A stretch of 63,385 bases of DNA, the filler included, from Lenisia limosa (lineage: Eukaryota > Protista > Breviatea): NCBI GenBank assembly GCA_001655205.1. It is 12 parts of 12 records of this genome, joined end to end, with 100 filler letters (N's around TTAATTAATTAA, not from the genome) between each part and the next. Parts side by side here need not be neighbours in the genome. Positions count along the whole stretch, not along the records: positions 19,674 to 47,108 come from LPNZ01003667.1; positions 47,209 to 49,059 come from LPNZ01008060.1; positions 49,160 to 55,729 come from LPNZ01006155.1; 9 more parts are not named here. One strand, given 5' to 3'. The notes beneath the pieces were generated by a model. The model was not told the DNA's origin. It made no database searches and saw only the letters and a program-made list of their open reading frames with translations. Shown here in pieces: positions 41,301 to 52,200 of the stretch (within the stretch, counting starts at the first letter, position 1; each line of letters starts with the position of its first letter). The position numbers and the translations under genes were made by a program.

Positions 41301-44300
41301 CCACTTATACAGAAGCTAACGATACTCTGACGGTGAAGATCGAGCACATCACTGAGATGCAGGTTTGGTCGTTTCTGTTTGATGTTCATTCTAAGCTATT
41401 GATTTTCAGTCTTTATCATACCTTTGAACTTATTGCTTATGTATAATTTATGATTTTAGATCGTGAATGGATTCCCTCTATCTATCAATTACACTATCTT
41501 GGCGGATCCTCTTGTGTTACAGGTGTGTTTCGAACATTGATGTAGATGTTTCATATTAGTGTTGTTATATCAATAGTAATATATCTGCTAAAATGTTTAT
41601 ATCCCTATTAATTATCAATCAGAAATGCTGCAGTCATTGGAGAATATTTTGAAAAGGAACATTTCAGTCAAATCAAGGATTTTGTTAACTCCGCAGACAA
41701 CCCTTTTTGGTGTGGACTCCCCAATATTATTCTGCTCAATCAACATTGTATTTGACCCTCTGCCCTACTATTCGAAAGGAACAACAGGTTTGGCGTCGAT
41801 GACAATGGGTAGTTTCAGAATGTTTACTAATCACAGGAAAGCAATCTCTGAGTGTTTCCCCCTTCATTTTATTGTTCAGCCTTCTGTGAACAAGGAAAAG
41901 TCGTATTCAAAGATCTCGTTGCTCATCTCATTCCAAACACTCAACACTTTGTGGGAGACCTCTTGTATTTATTACTTGTGGAGTACACAGTTGGACAACA
42001 TCATATCATAAAATGTTTTTGTATAAATTGAGGCTCTGCTTTTAATTGGGGAGAAAAAAGTTGTTATGAAAGTGCCCTTTTCCTCTCACCCTTCAAGGTG
42101 AGCTTTATTTCAGCTACTCGAAGTGTGAGAAGTTTCTCAAATGCGGTGAGTGGCTTGTGGGATTGTTCAATAGCATAGTAAGCTAATAAAGGATTGTAAT
42201 GAAAAGATGTCAGTCCCTTTTATTTTGCTCCATTTGCAGACTTCGACGTTCGGGTCTTCATGCGCTGACATTTACACGAACTCCATTGAAGTGAAACAGA
42301 AATGTGTCTGTAGCAAGGTTGGGGTTTGCTGTGCTACATACGAAGTGATTTCTCTGGATTTACAGGATTACTGTTAAATACCAGTATAATAGAGGGACTA
42401 TGAATAGCCTAGATATAGACGGATTGTCAAAAGCACCAATTTAATATATGTTGGAAGTCAGCCTTCTTTTGATTCATCAAGGGACTTCAATTGTCTTCTT
42501 CACAGGTCTGTGAAGCTTGTCCCAAAGCTACATTCAAGAATGTTGACTCAGTGGAGGTATGGCGAGTTTATCACGTCAGTTTCAACTTGTGTATCTGGTG
42601 CACATTTTTATTTTTGGATTCGTTATACGCATCATTACTCATGCCTTAGGACTGCACTCCATGCAGTGATCAATTCGCAACATCGCCCTCTGGTTCTGTC
42701 AGCCCCTTTAACTGCACATGTCTCAGTACTTTCGAAGACTCTTCAGGTACATGGTGTTCTGAGTGATTTTGAATTACAATAGTGTTTGTGATTGAAAACA
42801 TTCGTCTTGTCAGGATGACATAGAATATTCCATTTTTTTATTCTTCAGAGGGCTGTCGATGCCCTGCCAACCACACCATGCTAGCGTCCTTGGACATTTG
42901 TGTCAAATGTGAATCCTCTGCCGTCTCTGAACCTGGTGTACTTCGGGATTACTGTCAGTGTTTACCAGGTATGCTAGACTCACACCCAGCCAAGAATTGA
43001 AATCTTTGTCTTGGAAATTATGTGATACCAATAACTACCACCGCCAGGCAAGAGGTATTCAGCCACCGAATCAACATGTGTTGCATGTCCACTTGGGTCT
43101 TACAAGAATGACGTTGGAAGACACCAATGTACGCCTTGCTCTGGCGACTTAACAACTCTAGAGTAGGTTGTGTTAGATTCACAATCAAAAGTGTACCATA
43201 CAACCCTGAGCCAATGCTGAAGGTTATCCCTCATGTGTATTCAAGAACTGTCATATACTGTGAGTAGACATACAATAAGATATGAATTGAAACAATTTTC
43301 CAACTCTACCATTTGTACGCTCTGTTCCATTTCAAAATTATCATCTCAACCTTCTTGTCTTCTTTTAACGGTTATCAAGTTTGTTATTACCGTTTGTTTA
43401 GTTTCAGATTATCCGATTCGTAATAAGTACCTCATAGAATTGGTGCTACTTCAGTACATGACTGCGTTTGCCCATTGGAAACTACACTGGACCCGAACAA
43501 TTCAACAAAGTGCCACTGTCCGTGAGCGGGATCGTTTTCATTTTGACTAGCTTCTCTTGAATAGTGTAAAGCTGTTAATGTTCGATCGTGTGCTCTTTGG
43601 GTGGTTACGCGCCTGGACAGTTTTTGCACCATGCCATATTGTGAATGTATTGAATGTTCCAAATAACACCCAAGTTCACCATCGCTCCTCTTTGACGGAG
43701 TTTGTGTTGAATGCGAATCTGGGAAACAGTTTGACGGAAGCGAATGTGTGTGTTTGGCGGGCTACGAAGACTCAACTGGCGGCGGGTGCTCAGCTTGTCC
43801 TAAAGGCTCTTTCAAGGAACTCGCGGGAATTGGAGTAGGAAAGGGTTATGTCTCTTATGATGCCTGTTAGGGGTGATATGAAGCTGCTGTGTCCCCTGAT
43901 TTTTATAACTGACACTCACACAACAGTCATGTGAGTCATGCCCTGGGCAAATGGCTACTACGAACTTTGAAGGTTCAACATCGCCAAATGACTGTAAATG
44001 CCAGCAGTTCAGTTCATCTGACGGTTCTGACTGTTATTGTGTTGCGGGCACTTACCTCAGTGCCATTGATGGGTAGGCTTGGAATCAGTGCTATTGATGG
44101 GTAGGCTTGGAATTTGATTTCGCCAGTAGTGTTGCCTGGTGTTTCCTAAGCAATGGTATTTTATCAACTATTACTCTGTCAAAAGCCATATTTTGATACT
44201 CGTTTCAGCGTCATCACCATTCAGATGTGTGATTTGTGAGGAAGATAGTTTCCGATCGAAATCAATGGACTCCTCTAGTTGTGAACTATGTCATGAGTCC

Positions 44301-46992
44301 ACGCTCGGGAGAGGAGGTAGGCTTTATTATGGGACAATACGAGCTGTTAACCATTTGGTAGAGAATCTTGAATCTGATTGAACCAATAATTTTAGTTTTA
44401 CGTTATACTACTATTTATCGTTTCATAGCCTGGGTTTAATCAAAACAAAAATATGGGCCTGAGTGAAATTAAACATGAACAGGGGCTGGGCCTTAGTTAA
44501 ATTGAACATGAACAGGGGCGACTCTGGCGTCGACATCGTCTTTCTGTCAATGCCGCCCTGGGTACTACCTTGAGACTGAGCCTGAAGACGACTCCTCTGT
44601 TGTGGCATGTGCGGAGTGTCCAAATGGCGCTGTTTGTGCTGGTTGGTTGGTTATACAAAGAAATATTACGTTGGACTTTTGTTATATCCTTTGACGATGT
44701 GTACCTTTGTTCCCTATTCAAAACAGATATGAACTGTACCTTTGTTCCCTATTTATTATCCAGGTGGTTTGGCCTCCCCGATTGCAGCTGAAGGCTTCTT
44801 TGCCTCCAACTCCGATGACAGTGCCTCGCCCGTCTTTCTCAAATGTCCCTCGGGCAACGACGGATGTGTTGGTACGCTCTGATTCCTCTACTTGAATCTT
44901 GATGATAGTCTTTTTTGTAATATTAGTTTAACCCTGTGAAATCCAATATTACTATTTATAATAATTGGTTACCTTAGCATCTTAGCTTATCTCAAATGAC
45001 ATTTCAGGTTCGTCAAACTGCGCAGATGGATTTGAGGGGGACCTGTGCTCGGAGTGCTCAACAGGATGGTACAAAACAGGACAAAGCTGCCAAGAGTGCT
45101 CTGGTCTTTCTTCGCTTGTTTTGCCCATGATGGTATGAAAAGGGCTTATTTGGACTCACACTTTTAGATCATCATCTTGGTGCTCTCTATTCTGATTATA
45201 TTCTTTTTGGGCTACAATGCCAAGCCTTCATCCACTCGTTTTGCTCCTCTGAGGATTCTCATCCAATTCATTCAGGTCCGTCGGTTTTGATCGTCTGATT
45301 AAAGTATTTATCATGTATGAATATTATTCAACTCGAAGTGAAGCTTTTCTAACCACTCAAGACTGTGGCTGTCTATTCAGCGTTTGATGTGAAATGGCCA
45401 GAAGCAGTGCAAACGGTTATGGACGTCTTCAGAACTCTCAATTTGGAAATTGAGGTTGGCATGGGTCTACTTTTGATCCTAACTTTTATGAGTATTTTTC
45501 CTCACAAAAGTAGGTCGCACGACCCGAATGTTCACTTATGCAAATGGACTATTTCGAGGTTTGTAAAGGGATAGAATGAGGGCAGCGTTGCAACGTTGGC
45601 TTTACCAAAATGATTCTGCGACTTATTTTTCTTTCAAATAGTCTATATTCCCAAATTTACACCCAGTACTACCTCCTCCAAAACCTGACCATTCCCCTCG
45701 CTGTTCTTCTCGCCTTTGTACTGACTCTGATTGTCGGCCTCTTCTTGGATTCAAGCTTGGCCAAGTGGGTTATTTATGTGGATTTGATATGAGCTCCGTT
45801 TTGAATGCTATCTTTGAGACAATTGACTGAAGAATCACATTTTAGGGATGGCCGGATCCAGACCACTCTGGTGATCGCCTCGGTTTTTCATTTGGCTGGG
45901 TCACTGACCAGTCTGGATTACGTCAACTGCCAGCAGGCTGAGGATGGAAGATGGCTTATGGTGTCACGTGAGTGGGAAACGAGACTCCCATGGCTTTACC
46001 CTGGGATTTTACGTCCCAAAAATATGTTTCAGTTTATTATGTCATATCCAAGCCTTTTCAGTGCTCCTCTTTGTTGCTCAATTGATAAGTGCCTTCTCCA
46101 AATTTCACCTAACATAGTTCTCACTGTTTTCACTATTTTCAAGACCCTTCAGTGGAATGCTACGGGTCATCGCACTTGTCCAACCTTCCACTGTTTATTC
46201 TCGCGGTTATAGTTAATGCCTTCTTAGTTCCTGTACTTGTTTTTGGTAAGTCATACTCAGACTGCAAAATAACATACTTAAATCCTTATCGTGTAGTGCT
46301 TTTAAATAGGAACAAAGATACTCTGCTTGAGGATACCAACTTGAGAAGGTTTGCCATTTATTATGCAGTAGCACATTATAACAATACAGATATGGGGTTT
46401 TGACTGCACGATTTTCCCCTGACTTTTGGTTTTGGGAACTGGTTTATTTTGCCCGTTCATTAGGCTTGGCATTTGCCGTGAAAGTCGTTTCCTCAAGTCC
46501 AATTACGCAAGTATGAACTCGATAAGGCGTTAACCCTATCTTTAACTTCTACATTATATAGGATTACATACATAATTGTGAAGGTTTGAGTTTCAGATCA
46601 TGCTTGTGGACTTTGTAATTACTTTCCAGATCATGCTAGTGGCCTTTGTACTCATCCTGGCCCAAGTCGGCTCAGCCTCTTGCCAGCCCTATTATGTCGG
46701 CCGACTCTCCACTCTGGAGTCTGTGTGTAACATCGTCAACTTAATAGTCCTCTGCTGCTCGCCCTCGTTTATTGTACCTGAGGTAGGCTAATCATTCAAA
46801 CAAGTACTGTTTTCAATTTCCATGTTGAGGCAAGATGAAAGTCTCAGATTAAAAAATATGATCAGAATTCCAAAGCATTTATCTTCAAGGATGGAAGTAG
46901 CCCAGCCGCGTCTGATAACCTTCCCCTCACTGTCTTGATTTTGGCATGCTTCATGTCCACTCCAATAGTGACTGTTTGGGCACTAATGACGG
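35326..46992 (+). CDS. Giant cell-surface receptor-like protein, paralog C, same architecture; 5' end uncertain, 3' end cut by spacer
   Basis: Many short exons, including GYSATESTCVACPLGSYKNDVGRHQCTPCSGDLTTLE; CVCLAGYEDSTGGGCSACPKGSFKELAG; CQCRPGYYLE..CAECPNGAVCA; CADGFEGDLCSECSTGWY; RFAPLRILIQFIQTVAVYSAFDVKWPEAVQ; LDYVNC..VECYGSSHL; LPLTVLILACFMSTPIVTVWALMT. Confidence 0.85.
36476..36573. mobile_element. hAT-type MITE family A with 8-bp target duplication, intronic
   Basis: TAGGATTTCACTTCG...CGAACCGAAAAATGAAGCCCTA; flanks CTCTGTAA and CTCTGTAC. Confidence 0.85.
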
Positions 46993-47293
46993 TTTGTAGG
47001 CATGTTTTGAATGTACTTGTACTGTGCATACATACATACTATACAGATCATATAATACACATGATTGGGTGAATTAATACTAAAATCCAATGTCTCTTAT
47101 AAGCGTGANNNNNNNNNNNNNNNNNNNNNNNNNNNNNNNNNNNNNNNNNNNNTTAATTAATTAANNNNNNNNNNNNNNNNNNNNNNNNNNNNNNNNNNNN
47201 NNNNNNNNGAAGCCGTCCACACCATTACGCTTATTGAGATAATGGATTATTATAAGATTAATTCACCCATACAAACTAAAAATAAATAACCAC

Positions 47294-47381
47294 TTCTCCG
47301 GCCCTCCTCAAACGAGTGGAAAGGGCTTCCAAAGTGTAAATTCAAAACTTCCACTCGTTTGAGGAGGGCCACGCCGGAGAA
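47294..47381. mobile_element. 88-bp foldback (long inverted repeat) element
   Basis: TTCTCCGGCCCTCCTCAAACGAGTGGAA ... TTCCACTCGTTTGAGGAGGGCCACGCCGGAGAA; CCAC on both flanks. Confidence 0.65.
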
Positions 47382-48759
47382 CCACAACTAAAACCAAACC
47401 CCCCCCCCCAAAAAAAAAAAACCCCNNNNNNNNNNNNNNNNNNNNNNNNNNNNNNNNNNNNNNNNNNNNNNNNNNNNNNNNNNNNNNNNNNNNNNNNNNN
47501 NNNNNNNNNNNNNNNNNNNNNNNNNNNNNNNNNNNNNNNNNNNNNNNNNNNNNNNNNNNNNNNNNNNNNNNNNNNNNNNNNNNNNNNNNNNNNNNNNNNN
47601 NNNNNNNNNNNNNNNNNNNNNAAAACAGCCCAAAATCACTGGGATAATGTTGAGGAGGGTTGATAAAATGACGATGGAGGTGAGAGGATAAAAAAAAAAG
47701 GTTGCGTCTGGCCGAAGCCGATCACGCTTATTAGAGATATATACATATGTAAAATATTAATTCACTAATATTCTGGTACACAGCTTTATGCGTAACAACA
47801 CTCCCCTCACAGTGACCAGCTGCTGCGGGGAGGTGGGGGGTAGAGTGAGTATTGATGGGGAGAGCGCGGCTCAGGGGAGGTGGTCGCTGGGGGAGTAAGA
47901 TGAGCACATTTATGAAACATAAATAAAAAGAAGCCCAAAATCAACTCTGGAGAAGATGAGAAAATATTTATGACAAGGGAAGTACAAAAAAGACCGTCAA
48001 AATATAGATATGAGAATTTATCGGGAAATTCAGTCTATTTTCGGACAGTAGGGAAGCCCTATATATACTATGTATGTAGAATATGAAAGTTAAAACATTA
48101 GTGCTTCTCTCTTGTCCTAAAAGCAGAATTTCTCCAAAAATCCTCGAAATATCGATATTTTACCAGGGAACTCCAATATTATAAAATACTGGAGCTTCAC
48201 TTTCGGCTCAACACCTGTAAAATATCGATATTTATCGAGGATTTATCGAGAATTCAGTCTTTTTTTGGAACCGAAAGTNNNNNNNNNNNNNNNNNNNNNN
48301 NNNNNNNNNNNNNNNNNNNNNNNNNNNNNNNNNNNNNNNNNNNNNNNNNNNNNNNNNNNNNNNNNNNNNNNNNNNNNNNNNNNNNNNNNNNNNNNNNNNN
48401 NNNNNNNNNNNNNNNNNNNNNNNNNNNNNNNNNNNNNNNNNNNNNNNNNNNNNNNNNNNNNNNNNNNNNNNNNNNNNNNNNNNNNNNNNNNNNNNNNNNN
48501 NNNNNNNNNNNNNNNNNNNNNNNNNNNNNNNNNNNNNNNNNNNNNNNNNNNNNNNTTGGAACACTCCATGCATGATGGTTGAAAATAACAAAAACCACCC
48601 AATGCATACCCATAATTCCCAAATTAAAATTTTCATACTTGATTTGCTTCGATTAATCCCATTATAATTCCTAAAAATGTTGTTTACACTAAGCTTACAT
48701 TAACCACATAACCCCCAGGACAATGCTATAATGCCTTACATTACCCACATTAACCTCAC

Positions 48760-49013
48760 CTGTTCCTTTGCGCGATTTGCGTCAGCTTCGCGTCGCTCCT
48801 CAACAATACGCGCGAATTCTTCCTAAACAGGACATTAAACTGAAATAACCTTCAATTTATCCAAAAAGGTTGCTGTTAATACAATATACTGCCCAATATG
48901 GCAATTAATCGTTTGACAAAATCGACAAACTTTGAAAATTAGCCTCAAAAAAACCAATAGTGCTCCGCTCTCACCTGGTATTGCGGGTACTTTTTCATTA
49001 CTTTGTGGAAGTC
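48760..49013 (-). CDS. C-terminal end of a cyclic-nucleotide-binding domain (HCN/CNG/KCNH-like channel or related), partial
   Basis: VYVLTVRDFHKVMKKYPQYQ|EEFARIVEERREADANRAKEQ resembles the end of the CNBD of HCN channels ([24 protein letters not shown]). Confidence 0.6.
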
Positions 49014-49286
49014 CCTTACAGTGAGAACGTACACTGGAAGGTTAGTAGGGAAGTGTGACNNNNNNNNNNNNNNNNNNNNNNNNNNNNNNNNNNNNNNNNN
49101 NNNTTAATTAATTAANNNNNNNNNNNNNNNNNNNNNNNNNNNNNNNNNNNNNNNNNNNNGTGGGTTGGCTGGGTCAGAAAAGGGCAGTGATGCGGATATG
49201 GTTTAGGTTTGCACTGTTGCATACCCATGTATTATTATTTAATGTTTCAATAGCTTCATAATAAAGAAATAGAAATGTGAGCATAC

Positions 49287-52200
49287 CTTAAGTTCCGAGG
49301 AAACTTTGGCCAAAAGAGACGCATCCTCTGTGCCGTTAGTCAAAATGTAGGTAATTCTGTTTGTCAAAATGCAGGTATACCATAGTATATCATATGTATG
49401 TACATGGTATGAAATTTTTATGTACGATAACGGTATGGAGTGCAAGGTATACGATTGCGAGAATCGAAACGATATATTACTATATACATATAATAGCTAT
49501 ACAATTCATATACAGTATATCATATGCGGCGGTTCATAATTCTGGTTTTTTCAAGTAATTCTGCTTTATTCTCACTCGGTTTTTTTTAAAGAGATTCACA
49601 ATTTTTGAGAAGTAAAAGTCTAAAATAGTTACAATATATTGTGTTTATTTCGTAAAATTTGAAGTAAAAATATTTTGACTTGGTTACTCTTCATTTCCGG
49701 GGTGATTTGTGTTTTAATTCATTTCAAAAGTCGGTTTCAAATTCTTGTCAAAGTAATCAACAAATAGGCTTCAAAAGGGATTCAAAGTTTAAAATTTGGG
49801 CTTCCTTATTAGGAATTATAATGATATCTGGATAACAACAAAATAAATAATATTATAATAATTCACAACATAAACAAGAAAGAAAAAACACAGAATTACC
49901 AAAAACAAACCAGAATTTTGAACGGCCGCATATGTAATATATATATCATATATATCATAGTATATCGATATTACAAAACTGTCTTATAAATGTGATTATT
50001 CGCTATGCCTAGAGAAACGGCAATAATATAGGAATTAGTAGAGATGATAGGTGTCAAGTTAGTCGGGAGAGCGAGCAATAATACTTGTGATAGATGTCAT
50101 ATATAGCAATAATAAATAAAAAATAAGGTAGCATCTGGCCGAAGCCGTCCANNNNNNNNNNNNNNNNNNNNNNNNNNNNNNNNNNNNNNNNNNNNNNNNN
50201 NNNNNNNNNNNNNNNNNNNNNNNNNNNNNNNNNNNNNNNNNNNNNNNNNNCCTCCCCAGGTGTCATAGTGAGTGGGGTCAATAAACAACAAACACCCACG
50301 TTTTCTTCTTTCTTCACCATCGCTGTATGCAGACTGCAGGGATTTCTTCAGTGAAAGAACCTCATCAGATAACGCAGATGCCTGCAGGAATTAATAGAGT
50401 TGTGGAGAGATAGGCTGGAGGCTGAAGTGATTAATATATATATATATAGAGTTGTGGAGAGACTGACTCGGTTTTTTTTTCATTTGACCATAGTCAGTAT
50501 AGTCAGTAGAAGCAATTTTTTGGCTAAGTCGAAAATACAAACTGTTACATGAAAAACACTTTTTACACTAAATAATCACAATCAGCTTCGGTGCTACGTA
50601 TATTTCAACCAAGCCTGATTAGAGTATCTTTATATTCGGTATTTCGATTTCACCAATAATAACGATATTTTAGTAGCGGACCTTATCGAGAGCCTCCTTT
50701 GCTTCTCCCTGGGCAATTTGAAGATGGGCCTTCAGGCCGGCTCTTTCCGCTGCCAGGACCTGGACCTAAAAGGTTGATTTTTGTGAATTGTTGAGGTTGA
50801 GACAAATGTCATATATACATAGTAGTATAAGTAGATATGTTGTGTTTAGGGCTTGAGTTCAGTCTGAAAAAGACTGAAAAAATATCGATAGTTTTCGAGG
50901 ACTTATCGGGAAATTCGGTCGTTTTTCGAACCGATCAAAAGTGGAATTTCCACCCCCCCCCCCCCACCTCCGANNNNNNNNNNNNNNNNNNNNNNNNNNN
51001 NNNNNNNNNNNNNNNNNNNNNNNNNNNNNNNNNNNNNNNNNNNNNNNNNNNNNAGATCTACGTGATCAGCGATCATTTCAACAAATCATGATGATTAAGG
51101 CCGAACAAATTTGACTTGATCACCAAAAACCCGAGAGGATTCTAACCGGTTCTAATACTAATATGGACTATCAACAAATGAAACATAACCGCAATAGTCC
51201 TGAAATGTATAGTGAGTTTTATCTTTGGTCAATCGTGTCAGGACTTTTCGTGGTCACTGAACATACATTTTTTTGATTCAAATACCAACACAGTGGGATG
51301 TTATGATTTGAGCAATAAAAGATAATACGTACTATTATACATTTATATTATATGATCAATCGATATATAATAAATCCCCACTGCGAGACATTCAGAGATC
51401 ACATCTGCCTGCTTCCTTCGTTCAACAGAAAGTGTTTTGATCTGACGTTGGAGACGATGGTGATCTTCTGGGGGAAAGGTCAGAAGCAAAGTTCAAACAT
51501 CTTATTGGAATACAAGCTGCAAATTCTGTACTTATCTACATGTATGGTTTCGTTTTGAAAGACGAAATTCGCAATCCTTGTCCTTCGATTAGCGCCAAAT
51601 CAAAGAAGAACAGATGGCCACAAATAAATTGGGGCAACCATTGGGGCAACCAGAACAATGATAAAAAGTTTAGACAATTTATTGAATAAATGAACCAATG
51701 TGAAGCTCTTATTAGCACCACGCACCTTCCCTGAAATCACACAGAGGTGTGACAGACTAAGCCTGGTTAACCAGTTCTCACCCAGCTACGGCTGGGAGTA
51801 CCCGAGCACTAAGTGTGAGGGGGAAGGTGCGCCAGCGACATTTATGATAATTTGTTTGAGGTATACCTATATGTATTCTTATGTTTCCCTGGATTTATCA
51901 AATATATATATTTTCTTGCACCACGTACCTTCAAGCTGGGAGAAGTCTTCAGAATTGCCCCTGATCAGTTCGGACAGTTTGACCTCGCGGTGACCAGCGG
52001 CTTTGAGCTGGCTCTTTCCCTCAGAAACCTAGGAGGGCGTGAGTGGAGCATAACTTGCATTTACCAAAAATCTGCGATTTTTAAGATTTATTGAGGATTA
52101 GGGCTATATTTCCGGGTACCCGGATCCGATTCATCAAAAAAAAAAGCGAGGATACGGATCCTGAAGGATCCGGTAAGATCTGAAAGTAGATCCGTTTTTT

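Noticed and set aside
19675-46992. Ciliate-type stop-codon reassignment
   Set aside because: The exons translate openly without reading through TAA/TAG, and TAG and TGA both serve as apparent terminators.
47060-47270. Large inverted repeat formed by family B copies across the gap
   Set aside because: The two halves are ends of different contigs; repeats commonly break assemblies.
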